A stretch of 64,000 bases of DNA from Phoronis australis (taxonomy: Eukaryota > Animalia > Phoronida). Below, in pieces: positions 12,637 through 25,818 of the stretch; position 1 is the first letter of the stretch; the number at the start of each line of letters is the position of its first letter. The DNA is taken from positions 186,001-250,000 of the forward strand of contig NMRA01000248.1 in assembly GCA_002633005.1 (NCBI GenBank), written 5' to 3'. The notes under the pieces were generated by a model. The model was not told where the DNA came from and ran no database searches. It was given only the letters and a program-made list of their open reading frames with translations. A program made the position numbers and the translations under genes.

Positions 12637-15459
12637 TACTAGTGTGCAATTTGTGTTCTATGTGTATGGCGTACATGTACATAAAATGGCCGCGATGTTT
12701 TTTTCGAGACAAACAGAATATTCAGAAAAGAAAGGATGGTGATACTTTCTGCTCCCGCCACCACGTTTTCCTCCGACGGCCATGAATTTCTAATCGCGGA
12801 CTTACCAACACTATTCCCACACATTATTCCTTGTCCGTGGTGGTAGTTCGCCGCTCGCAGACAACAACAACCATGAGAAAATAATAGTTTTCTCACAGTT
12901 TCTGTTTGTTCGATAACAAGGAAGTAGCATTATGGATCGGTAATAATGCGTGGGAGTTGGATAAACCTATCCGCGAGTGAAGGTGTACGTACAGGGGAGA
13001 AGTAGGGCGGGAGTGGGGAATACGCATATACGGTGTACTGTGTGTGAGAAGGGAAAAAAGAATTTTGTCTGTTTGGTATGGTGTCTGGTATACAATCTAC
13101 AATCAGGATTAGCAAACGTTTTTATAAATCGAATAAATGCGCTTATTGTTCCACTTTTGGTAAACTTAAGCTTAAGTCGACAGTCCCTACAGTTTTAACG
13201 ATATAAATCAGTTTGCAATGATTTTTTTCTTTCCGAGGGGAATTTTAAATGTTTTTGCACGAAAGTTTGGATTCGTTCTTTGGGTAACGTTTCAGATCGT
13301 ATTCTAGTGGAAATTTAGAACTCAATCAAGGTGCTTTTCCCTTTTTCAGCACTAAAAGAAGTTATTGAAATAAAAGTGTTGCGCTGCTTTCAACACGTTT
13401 TCTTTTCTGGAACATAAAACCCTTTTGAAAATGAAATACGGGCTCAAGTGTTAAGGTGAAATACACATTGTGCAATCATGAATAACTTAATAAATTTGGT
13501 CAGTTATCTGAAACAAACTGTCCCATCATTTTAAACAACAGTGTCTTGTTTGCTCACTGAAAGCTTCTGTTTCAAAATACTGTGACCTGCATATAACTAT
13601 GGGGTGGTGCTGTCGATAAATCTCAGCAGTTCAATAGGGGTCATCGTTGCTAGCACTACGTGATTGCAACAGAAAAATCTGAGAACTTGTGTTCTAAGTG
13701 GTCACGCACGAGACTAACTACAATACTTCACTGAGTTCCAAAGCAAATGTGCCAAACAACCTCCCAAGTCATAGCTCGGACCAATCGAGATACGCAAATC
13801 TTCGAGAAACAAGTCACGGAGCATCTTAGTGGAACTTTTATGTGACTCCTGGGAACACTGTGAAAGCGTATCGGTGATCTTAGACTACCTCTACTGTTTT
13901 CGCCTACAGTGAATCTGTTAAACTTCGAGTTATAGCAATATACGATACTCGAACGACTGACCATGCACTTAAAAGAAGGCGTGTTCGCAGCGCCACTTGA
14001 GGTTATCGTTAGTAGTTTTCAAAACCGATATCCTAAAACAATTTTATCACGGATATGTGACCAGGTACGTTAGAAGAATGCGGATGGCTTGAAAGCGTAT
14101 TGCCGAAGGTGTCTTTTATCCTTAAAGTTGCATTTCACCAACATTCAAAATCGAATTTGATCGTTTTACTCTCATAAAAAGGATCTAGTAACCTCCCTTA
14201 CGATGAAAAGATTCTATTTCCGTTGCCATCAAAACATCGAAACTATCAGCTAGGAAAAAGCACTTGGTAGTTTATCGGGGATGGCCAACCCTAGCTCATG
14301 ACAGTTCAATGACTAATTCAATTTTCGTTTTAGTCGGCTAACGGGACGAAACGCAACTTGATGAGCAGCGACTAATTAAAATTTTGTAGCAAGATGGAAA
14401 TAATACGGAAGAGACCAAATTTTGATATTGTTACTTATGTAAAATTTTGCACCCCGCCCCCCCCCCCGAATCATATCAACAAATTTCTGTGTTTCAGTTT
14501 TTCTGTTTCCTTGTAAACGATGTCTAGCAAAAAATTGAACATTTGTTTGTGGAACCAGACGTTTCCTGATGCGCTGGGTAGAGCGTTATTTCCTGGTATT
14601 CGTAGCCCTGAGAACTGAAAGTAATTCGAAACTAACTAAAGCACTTTTTCGCATCTGACTTCCAGACTACGATTTATAAAACATTTATAGAACCAGTGCT
14701 GCAGAGAAAAAAAATAATTGTTAGCAGACAATGTTATGAAACCTAGTGTCCCCGATTTCGATGTGTGTGCATTAAAATCGGCCACGACTACGGTTGGGAC
14801 GTGCACAGTACGTGTAGAGGAATCCATTATAAACAAAATCAAGGTCTTGCCGGCTATTTAAGTCTTGAACAGGCACTCTACTTTCCCAAAATTTCAGGTT
14901 CGGTGATGTTGAAATTTTACTCAACTTCTCGGTCAAAGCTAGTTCATGCAACGCGCTTCATTTGACGCTTAGGCCATCTTAAGCCTAGCTGGTGTGAAAA
15001 GGAAAACAAAAGAAAACCTCATTCTCGTAAGAAACTCTTGACTATTGTTGAATAGTGGTCTTACATTAGTTTCCCGTCAGGTTTTTCGTCTTTTATTCAA
15101 GCATGTAGCCTACAGTCGCTGATTATAAGTTCTTCGGCTAACCACTGTTTGACGTCATCGACTCCGACACGAAATCATGCTCACTTAAAGCGAAGTATTC
15201 TATTGCTACATTAACCTTCTCACACTGCAGATACGTTAGATAACCAGTTTGGTTTTGTCTTTAGACTGCGCATCACAAGAGGGAGCTGTTTCTATGGTAA
15301 CGCGCTAATGTTTGACGACTGTTTTTTTATCACTTCTCAAGCATTCCATATGTAAAGAGTAATCAGACCCAGCTGAGTAAAATATGTTGTGAGAGCCAGT
15401 AGTGCATACGGTTTAAGTAGCCGACAACAACAATAACGGATAACTGTTGCTGCCACAAT

Positions 15460-18400
15460 ATGAAGACATTGGTAGTTACCTTGTGTTTCTTACTTCTTGG
15501 CTTTTGGTAAGTACAGCGAATTACGCCCTATTGCTTTGTTTTCAAAAGCTAAAAGAGAAATCAATCGCCGGTTCGAAATTCAACAGTTTTTCTCAAAGAT
15601 CTCGTTTATTACTCAAATTTGATGTTTTGACTTAAGGAGTTGAAATTGTGCGCATTGTCACACAGTGTATTACATGTATGATTATGAACAGAAGATGGCT
15701 GTGACACGTTTTCTTGAACTCTAGAGTAAATTATACGGGGGTTGTTGCGCCAGGTGTTTTCTTTCAACATGTATTGGGAACGGTCAACAAGTCAAGCCCG
15801 AGATTTTTAAAATTATAGTGTTGTAACCTTGTCGGATCTTTTCATACGAAGGCCGAAGAAGTCGATTTGAGAACGGTAAAAATACATTATTCGGGGTATT
15901 TTACTTGTTACGTCACTAAAATAAACCACTTTTACTCACCTTTGGTATCACTCCTCAAAGCATCCGAACCCCAGTTGCTAACGTTGTATTTGTAATTGTG
16001 TTAAGTCACATAAAACGCCCTTCAATTTGTCTGAAAACAAATGTAGTGACAGGTATACCGAGTGTTACGTCAGCGCAAGCAAACAGTGGTTGTCTTTTTT
16101 GTTAAAGGACTTACGGAGTTGTTTTCAACCGATTTCACGAAACTGATCAGTGAACCGCCTATCCTTGTTTTTTTTAGCTTTTTTAACTGTCGCAGCCTGT
16201 TTGGGGCAATAACTCTGGTCAAGGAAGATTCTAATAAGATCAAGGCGTATCGTATACCTAGTCGACCGATGGTGTGAGAGGACTGTTGTTAGATAACAAT
16301 GAAGGCAAATCTTCGTGAGCAAAGCTTCCCGCTGATTTTGAAAAAAGAAAAAAATCATTTTTCACAAAATTTTGTTACTATGTGGTTATTTTTGTGTCGG
16401 TATATGATTTCTTAAAATAAAACCTGTGTTGAGTACGGATTACAGTGAGGGAAACGGGTGTATTGTGACTTTATGCATTTAGTACTATGAAGCACCAAAG
16501 GGTTCGTAAGCGAGTATTACTATACCTTTGTGCGCGTAAAGTGCGCTTCGGTTAGTACGGCGTAGAAAATGTCATTTTACGCGGAACGAGAATATTACGC
16601 TACACGTAGCCATATCAGTGCTCGGGTTAGATTTTGTAACGTAAAGTTTACATCAGAAGGATGAACGTTTGCCAGCCGATGCTGTCCATTAACGAGAACA
16701 AGTAAAGGGAATCGATTACGTCAATGAGGTAGAACCGATATTATAACACGTGTAAAACAATCAGGTTATTTTGTCTTCGGGCCACGCACGCAACAAACCG
16801 ATGCTCTTAGCACCGAGGTCTTTGCAATAGTTAATGTTTTTGGACGCACTAAACCAATGTTTTGTTCTCTTAACAAATAGCAGACGCGTGTCAGTGATAA
16901 CGTAGACTAGGGTGTTATTCTGTTTATACTTCTTTAATGGACTTTCCGAACTAGCAACATACGTCTGATGAGAGAATTTTCACTTTGCCTTTCAGCGGGT
17001 GTACGTGTTCCACTGTACATAGTGAATTAGTGTTTTCGTCTAAATTTAGCTGCCAATTCCAAATGCATTCCAAATTTCCATAATATACAGTGTAAAAATG
17101 TTGCCGTTCAATAAAATTGTTTCGAACACCTTCATCTAAAAATCGCCTCGACTACATTGCCGGAGATTAATGCAACCCAGAGGGCTGCCCAAGACAGTCG
17201 CAGTAGTGATAATAAGCGTATATTTATTCCAGCATGTGCGCAAAGTTAAGTCGTACAAAACGACTGTCAAGGCTGGATGATGCAGTGGTCACGTGGTCTA
17301 TGATGAACGATCAAGTGAATAAGCTGATGGCTATTAAGGTATGATAATTGCTAAACAGTTTTTTTAGTTTGTTTATGTTCGACTCATTCACAAAACGAAG
17401 GAAGTCAGAGTGGGTCCATTAAGCGGTGTTTTCATATAGCAAAACTAGGCAAACTTAGGGGACAACAGGACATTTATTAAGATTATGAATAAGATAAAAT
17501 GGAACAAAATATAACGGAAAAAGTATGATAGTTCGGTGACCAGTAAGCCTGACATGAATGTTTCAACATTGATAAGTTTTCGTGTGGACAACTCCCGGAC
17601 CAAAATTTGGGGGTGGCCGAGACAGCAGATATCGTTGTGTAAATATGAGAATATTTAGCATTTTTTGTATGTCACGTGTCTAAACTAGTTATTCTTCGGG
17701 GTGAAAATCAATTTAACGGTGTAAATTAGTTCTCAACCAAAGAAAATAATTCACATGTACTCTAGTTTTAAGATATGGGGCCGGGTGCGTTCCGTACACT
17801 ATTCGCCAAAAACAAGATCACGGAAAGTCGCACGAGCGAAGGTCGTGCTTTTGTAAGGGGCAACATAACAGTTTTCATTCAATTGGGTTTTGTCGAGCAG
17901 AACATACGTAATTGAACAAGTCATCTTTTCTTCACTTTGTCGAAAACTACATGCAAGAAATGAATAGTCTTGAGTCATTTCACATCAAAGACATACTATA
18001 TGAGTATAGAAACTATTCTGTCTGACATTTTTCGCCTTTTCACTGGAACTGCAAAATAAGACAGACTAAGAAAAACGGGCCAAAAACATAAAGTTGTCAC
18101 TTTTCACCCGAAAACCACCACTTCCCTGCTGATGCGCCACATAATCCAGCACTACATTCTCAAAACATTATTCCTACAGAAAGTGCTGTCCAACTATTTT
18201 TGGATTGTCGTTGTGCTACCTGAAGTAGCAGCTGGTTTCTCAGTCGCTAACCAGCAATGCACAAATGCGACGGTACTGCACAGTGCCATCTCTAGTACAT
18301 GTGCACTGATACCTTACAACGGTAACCTAAAAAATGGTGATGACTGAAGTGATTGGGGGATGTTGGAATGTTAAATTTTGGGAAAGAATTCATGAACTAT

Positions 18401-21305
18401 GTTTGTTCCACAAGCGAAGATCTACTGAACGCAACCCGGTACAAGAACACTCATTCACGTTTCAAGTTGGTGATTCGGTTTGCTTTCTTTTTCGCCTTAT
18501 TTGTGCTTCCGGTGGCTCCATATGATTTCTGCATATTGAGACCTAAGAATACTTGTCTAGTAGTCGTACCTGTTTCGACCAAGGATATCAAGATTCCTCA
18601 GCATCTTTTTACTTCTATTTACTTATCATGCCAATATACTGGCTATAAACTTGCCTTTCGTCACCAAAAAGTGAACTTTTGATTTAGACCACTTACTCTC
18701 ACTGTCTCACTGGTAATGATATCGAGGCTACGGCGAGACTGACAGTTCGTTATTCAGTCATAGAGATGTCTATGTCGTTATTGCTTGATAACAAGCTCTA
18801 CAAGTTGGTTTGTCACGACTTGTTATTTTATGCCCTGATCATGGTCTCAGCGAGCAACGAACTGCCAGGACTTTGCAAACCCAGAAATGACTTTTCATTT
18901 GAACAAGGAGCAGGTTGAGACTAGCCTAATTTTGTTGCGGCAAGTAGTCTTAATCAAACGATCTATTCTGGCGACGGAACGCGGGTTTTTAGCTGAATCT
19001 TCGGGTGAAGATAGGTTAGAATCGTAATTGTGAATAAGTTATTTCGTACTCAGGGTATGTGAAACGCAATTTCAGAAAGAGCTCATGAAAGACACCAACG
19101 GCGAAGCAGTAAAATTAGGAGATCGCGTGGCGCGGGACGCAGACAGAAATACGGTAACGGAAGGTCCTTGGGCGCATGCGCCAGTGTTCGTTCGCAGTAT
19201 GTTTGAGGGCGGAGACGCGAACAGTGATTCCAGTTTGACTTGGAACGAATTCATTTCAATGTACGACCGATATGACACAAATCGTAAGTTATGACTGTTT
19301 TAGGTTAATTTCCTAGCTAAATCCTGCATGGTATGTGGTTAAGTTTACTGTTACATGCACATCTGCCGAGATTTCGACCATGCCCATAACCATACCTGAA
19401 TGAGTTCAAAAATAAAAACATGTCGTTTATTTATATCTTTTGCATTTATGTTCAACTGAAATTATTAAAGCAAATTTGTGTTCTCAGTAGGATTCAATTA
19501 CATCCACACTGTTTCATATGTTAACAGGAGATCAACATGTGTCAAAAGCTGAGTTTTTGAACGAGTTTTTAGAGCGAGACTACGGCGACCGCACTCTGGC
19601 AACAGTTCTGTTCGTGAAAGGTGACCTGAATCGTAACGAAGAACTGGACGGAGGCGACCTTGGCATCATGTTCGACCATTTTGATACGAACGGTAACACC
19701 ATAGCAACAATAAGCTGTATTGATTGCTTTCGAAGGGGGGGGGGGTGTAAAAACCATGTAGTAAAATAAGAAGAAGCGGTCTATTAAGGAGAGCATTACA
19801 ACTGGATCTGAGCACCCGATTCTGACCATAGTTATTTTTAGGACGGGTCGCAAAATTTATTTAAAACACTCTTCACTCGCATTTGTGGAAAACGGGGTGT
19901 CCCAAAGTTAATGATCATTTTAGCGAATGCCGCTCAAATCAGCACAGTCTTATTTGTCCTCCAGTCAGTAGAAGCATTGCAGAGGATTTTCTTTATCAAT
20001 ATTCACACGCTTTTACAACGTATAGACTGACAGTGAACTGTATTTATATTTAGTCCATTTGGCAGCGATCTAGGCGAGCGTGCACTCGCGTAAACGTAAA
20101 ATCGCACAAGACTTCGCGAGATACATGTATCGCCATGTATAACAACAGACGAAGCAAATGGTCAAACTACACGCACATGTAGCTGCATCGCGAGATTCTG
20201 GCGTTTGCGAATTATTCATCAACTTCTCTCTGATCCACTGAGATAACATTGCTCGAAAGACAGCTTCACCACTACGTATTTGAAACAGACCGCTGAGCGA
20301 AATAATAACAAAATTAAGAATTTCCACTGCGATCTTCCGAAGTCTGTAAAATACACAATCTAGTGGCAGCAGCTATGAATTACAGTGATGTGATAACAGT
20401 CACGTAAATGGAAAAATACCACCGCTCCGGCTTAGGGAGGGATGAACTGTCTAATTTGATTAAATGGTTTTTTCTAGGTGACGGAAAAGTTTCCAGCAAT
20501 GAGTTTGCTCGGCTTTGGAAGATAGTAAGTAGAGTGCGAATGATAGGGTGATATTTGAATTTATAATTCCGTTTCCGATTTATTAAAACGAGCAGTACAA
20601 CGTTCCTTGATCGAAAGTTCTCTCCTTCACGTGTACAGTTATTTATGTTCATTTCTTTTAACAAATAATACATAGGGAGATATAGTGACTGTCCACAAAT
20701 TGCAAGCACTTCAGCTTCAACCGTTACAGAACTTGCAGTTACAGTTACGGAAATTGTTGAACTTTGCACTTCCGCCGCTGCCAGATATGTAACATTATTG
20801 TCATCAGCTCTACCAAACATGAAGCTGGCGGGCGCTTTCACTTTCTCTCATATAAGCAGCGATGCACATACATGTGAGAGCGCACCAAAGACCAGAACCA
20901 ATCAGTTTTAGCGTATAAAGAATATTAAAGTAAAGAAAAAAACAACCGGCAGTCCAAAGCTTCGAAGGTCGAGTTTTAAGTGTTGGGCCGTCTCTAACAC
21001 ACGTTGTGTATGTTATACTGATGGTTTATCGCCTCGAGGAGAAACACGGAGAACGTTTGTCTTTTTTGCAATAACTTTCGAAACTGACATAAGTGTATTA
21101 GACTTAGATGGAATGTTCATAAGCGATAATTAGTGATGAAGAATTGTGGTCATTTCAAATGATATCAACACTTATATTTATTTCAATTTCAGATGACAAA
21201 AAATAATAAACTTGATGGAACAGTCCACAGAATGTATTTTCTTACATGTCACGTTTTCCTTTTTAGATAATTAGCAGGTCTATTGCCCAGAGTCCAGAAA
21301 GATAG
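15460..21305 (+). CDS. Secreted four-EF-hand calcium-binding protein (~175 aa)
   Basis: Exons 15460-15506 (signal peptide MKTLVVTLCFLLLGF), 19054-19283, 19528-19692, 20478-20524 and a probable last exon 21267-21305 have compatible phases (2, 1, 1, 0). EF loops are DANSDSSLTWNE, DTNRDQHVSKAE, DLNRNEELDGGD and DTNGDGKVSSNE. Confidence 0.85.
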
Positions 21306-21439
21306 AACAGTGTTTATTGCGTGCATGAATGTCGACAATGCGTCTCAAATTACAAACTCTACTCCGTGGGTTTGAGAAAGGCGTCTTTCTTGTTCTATTT
21401 GGAAATCGCATTAACTGGTTAATGTTAGTACACTCAAGG

Positions 21440-21600
21440 TTATGTACGAGCAACAAACGGAATTTGGTCATGTTACTGATTTTTGTTGTTTTGTTATGAA
21501 TTCAACTGTCTTTTTGCTTAATTTTACTAAAACGACATAGTCACGTGACTTAATTAGTGGCAGAGTGGTATAAAAGAAAAAGTCAAATTCTACAGGTTTT
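21440..21600 (+). repeat. Diverged interspersed repeat; related copies at ~1183-1346 and ~58429-58585
   Basis: All three loci share the blocks caaa(c/t)g(g/a)a.tttggtc..gtta, ctaaaa and cat(a/g)GTCACGTGAC..aatta in the same order and orientation. Confidence 0.6.
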
Positions 21601-22493
21601 CCAATTTCAGAAAATGTGCATTGTTGCTATAGTTATGTATATATTTGTCTCAATACAATGACATGTCCATAAGGCCCCACATCACTAATGTTTCATGTCG
21701 GATACATCAAAGATTCTCGGCGTGGAGATGTGCAAAGCCGTGCAAGCATTTTAATCAAGAGAATGATTGCTCTTTCCAGAGTGGAAAAACCATTATCAAC
21801 AATTTGGTTAGACGTTTGCAGGTCAATTTTTGTACCAGACATTTGTTTGATAAATTAAATCTGATTTGAGCAATACCAGATGTGCTTCAAGATGTTATTT
21901 ACAGTTAGAAAGAAATGTTGTATGTCTGTTCTTGTATATAAAATATTATGGTAACAGAGAATTTTTATGCGGTATTTTCTGGATTGCTTAAGTTATTTAA
22001 CTGTTATAAATGTACACTTCAATGTTTTCGTAGAATTGGTAAAACGCACGACTGTCGTGTCTGTTCACAATTTTAATGGACACTCTTAAACTCCTGGTAT
22101 ATTTTTATGCATTTCAGTTGTTTATCACATGTCTTTTGGTGATCTGGTCCTTTGGTGCTGTTTAGAATATTGACAAACTTAGCACAAGTTTGAAAGAGGG
22201 TTCATGGGAATTGTAAACCTCCCTGTGTTCAAGAGACGAGCCTGCTGCCAAATTGTTCAAATGTTTTGAATTCACATTCGAAGATTTTTAAACTGGGGTT
22301 TGTAGATAAACATTTTTTGTATTCGTTAACTTACTATTGTGCTATTGGAGTGCACGTGCAAATGCAGAATTTACCTGTTTGTTAAGCTATATGACATATA
22401 ACGTAATACATGTTTTACCGGTGCTTATTACATGTCGTATGAGTGAAATTAGCTGAACAATGCAACTGGTCAGAACGGGTAAACATCGTTTAA

Positions 22494-25400
22494 AGCCTAT
22501 CTTCAACGGGAACACCTGTGAATTTGGTTTCTATAGTATGTTAAGAGCATCGCTCTTAGCCCACTGGTGCCATGAGTTGCCAGATGTTAGACGTATAGCT
22601 CACTTGCGAGTTATTCAATGTGACGTGACCTGAAGTAAGGCAAAACCGCCACATTGCCCTTGTTTTGCCATGAGTCTTTGCTACACACGTTCTTTATGGA
22701 GAATTTTACGCTTAAAACGTTAATACAACTTGAGAGATGGTAGATGGATCGTGGAATAACTGTGAATGGACGAAAAAGGTGAACTTGTTATGTTGTACGA
22801 AGCTGTGAACGGATTGAAATTGGAACTCGACCCTGACTAGGCCTGGATGCCGCAGGCATGCAGGGCGATAGTTTAGGTATATGCCCATTTTAAAATACAC
22901 CAAATAAAATCAAATAAAACATGTATATATGCATATGGAGTTAAAAGTAACACATACCATGACTCTGGATAGAATTTAGTCTACAAATAACTTGAACATA
23001 TCCATATAAATCTCGCGGTTCGCTCCAGTTTTTCTCACCGGGTGCCACTTTGAGGAAGTTACGTGAAATCACGCCTGCTGACGAACAAGAAGTCCAAGGG
23101 ACACAAATCTTACAAATTTCACTTGATATCTTCCCATGCTATTTTTCAAGTGTCGCGCGCCAGGTCACGCGCTTCGCTTAGTCTCGCGCTAGCCTTAGCC
23201 TCACCTGACTCGGTTAAAATACTTTGTGGTTATCGCGCGCGCCGTTAAAAAGTTAACGGTAACCGAAAAATGAAGTTGGAATTCTTCACTTTAATTTTCG
23301 TAGGTACTCTTTATTGAGGAAAATAAGCGCTTTTTAAGTCGTGATAAGCCTAGAATGTATTTTGACGAAGTGAAAACTCTTTTCAGTGAGCGGATTTCGC
23401 CTACTGCCCGTTTAAAGCCCTTATCTTAAAATGCCAATGTGGCTCCAGTATCCAAAAAATACTTAATAAATAAAATCTTATTTTCAATACCCTTTCGTTA
23501 TATTATTTTCGCCTTTCCCGCCACAAGCGTTTTTTTACCTGTATTTGACCCTGCTCTGTGAGCAGATAATTACCGGCTGTCATGGGTTATTTCCGCACCC
23601 ACATTTCCGGCTCGTCAGTTCAGGAACTTGTCCTGAACGCCGCCATTTTTTCTTTGTAACTGAATGTGCTATCGCTTGCTCGAAAAGTCTTCATTATTTT
23701 GTTTTAATAATAATATCTCGTGATTCGTTTGTAAATATAGTGTATTTGTAGTTCGTAGTTAGTGCTCCTTAAATTTTTTGGAATGTTACTCGTACTTTTG
23801 TTTATTATGCTAAAATAGCATTGGTGTTTGGTTTTTGTTATGTAGGGCGATTTAGATTTTTTTTTTCGTTTTGAAAAAGTACTTCGCTATCATCGGAAAG
23901 ATAATGCATCCTACCCAGTAAAAAATCGAAAAAGTATCAAAATCGGGACAAGCAGTGCAAAATTTTTGCAATTGTGGCGAAATTTGGGTCACTTTGTTTG
24001 GATCGGGTCGGCCATCTTGGACGACAGCGGGAGTTTAAAACTTTATATAAATTGTTTTCGCCAACAACTTATGGTGAAATTTAGTGAGACATATCTCTAC
24101 TCACTATTCTGCACGATTCAACAGTTTTCGCCAGCCAAATTTGCTCCTCGTATTTACTTATTAAGTCTTACAGTAAACGTTCTAAAAAATTATTGCCCCT
24201 AAAAAATTATTGGGCAAATCTGTCTTGAAAGCCAACAACTTTGCAAAGTTCGCCAGAAGACACCAAGTTCTAAATAAACCTCGTTTGAGTGAGCGCTGTG
24301 GCCAGGGACCAGGTAGGCCAAAGGGTAGCCTTGGCGCAAATCTGTATACTAACAAGCTCATAGTCTTCATACTGTTGGGTAGCAGCAACCTAACGGCTGC
24401 CGCGGCAGTGTCGCACAGGACTAACTAGCCCGTAATTTTATGCAAGTGTCTGAAACTACCTTTGCTTGTATACGGTATTTATGATTTGATTCTTGTACTT
24501 CGACAAAACAGCTTGCAACCGCATGCCTTTACCGTTCGCCAGTGTCTGGTCCTGGTCCGGACCGGGTACGATCGGGTGCGGCGGGCCCCGAGTCCGGCAA
24601 AATAATTTCTGCCAAAGTTTTTCGCCACATTCCGTCACTTTCGATACAATTGTCCGTATTTTGATTCTAGTAACGGTAACGCGCGTTGTCGATCATTTTA
24701 TCCGCGCTTGCTGGCTGGTAACAGACACTGCTCCAGTCACACAGACGGCGTATACTAAGCCTGACGTGCGTTACTGAATGGGAGGCTGGGTTACTGAATG
24801 AATTGTACTTCCGGCGGGGTTCGCGGTAAGTTCAGAATGGCGGTGTGTTCTTCGGGTCCGAATCGTGAGTGGCGCGCGGCGTTTATTTAAAAGTTATTCG
24901 GTTACGTATTGTGTATTAGTTATGGGGTAGGTTCTTCTTGGATCCTTATAACATCCTCTAACCATGTAATAAGGGCTAACAACGTGTGCTTCTTGGACTT
25001 TAAAATACATGGGATGAAATTATAGTACAGAACGCGATGGGACGTATTGTATTGTAATCGCGAGTCTGAATTAAATGGTCCCATAACAGCAATGTTTGTT
25101 TGTCATTTTTCACACTAAAAGATTAAAAACTCGGAGTAAACTGAACAAAATGCACTCTGCTTACGTATCGGGCAAATGACCAAACGACAAGCTTTTGCAC
25201 TATTTCCTGTGACGTCACGGTTAAGTCTCACAGAATCTCGCCTTATTGTTATTTACTCGCAAAAGGACTATAGGCTTGATTTTATTTACGTCACCGCGAG
25301 AATCACCTTTTAATTCAAACAGCTGCGAATAATACCTGCACGCAATGGTGTTCTATTCTGACCCGTATTCAATACAACCTTTCGTTGTTTGTGCTGGGAT

Positions 25401-25563
25401 CTCTCGGTGACACAACGGCACGAAAAGGCAGCTTTACTTATCCATTGGACGGGCTTACATTTGCGTGATTGAACTCGCGTTTTCTTATTTTACTAAGGCT
25501 TTTCTGGGACTATCTGCTTAGCCCAATGCATTTAAAATAACAATATTCCGTTGAAGTTAGGCT
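22494..25563. mobile_element. Putative non-autonomous Kolobok-type DNA transposon (~3.1 kb)
   Basis: The left end is TTAA|AGCCTATCTTCAACGG and the right end is CCGTTGAAGTTAGGCT|TTA, an inverted match of 15/16 with AG...CT termini. The right target site abuts a MITE. Confidence 0.5.
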
Positions 25564-25565
25564 TT

Positions 25566-25818
25566 ACACGCGCACCCAAGGGGGCTCGGGCCTCGGGGGA
25601 GCTCGGGCCTCGGGGGAGACTNNNNNNNNNNNNNNNNNNNNNNNNNNNNNNNNNNNNNNNNNNNNNNNNNNNNNNNNNNNNNNNNNNNNNNNNNNNNNNN
25701 NNNNNNNNNNNNNNNNNNNNNNNGCACTATTCATAGCTGTGAACGTACCTCGTTCTTTTAGTAAAAGGCCCACATTCTCAAAAATTCGAGCCCCCATTTT
25801 TAAGCTGGGTGCGCTCAC
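25566..25818. mobile_element. MITE of a local family (cgcgcaccc...gagccccc...gctgggtgcgc); related pieces at ~37646-37739, ~37913-37958, ~39561-39806 and ~50620-50656
   Basis: The terminal block aaa(t)tcgagccccc...gctgggtgcgc recurs at 25781, 37695 and 39763, with complementary starts. This copy spans the N gap. Confidence 0.55.
25622..25723. other. Assembly gap (102 N)
   Basis: A run of N next to the GC-rich tandem unit gctcgggcctcggggga. Confidence 0.99.

Noticed and set aside
18334-18525. MVMTEVIGGCWN...LFHK...VCFLF resembling a decayed THAP zinc finger
   Set aside because: The first Cys, the conserved Pro/Trp and the final His are missing, and no TIRs were identified.
21193-21270. Alternative last exon for the EF-hand gene (MTKNNKLDG...)
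   Set aside because: It is possible, but the acceptor at 21266 has a longer pyrimidine tract. This cannot be resolved without RNA data.
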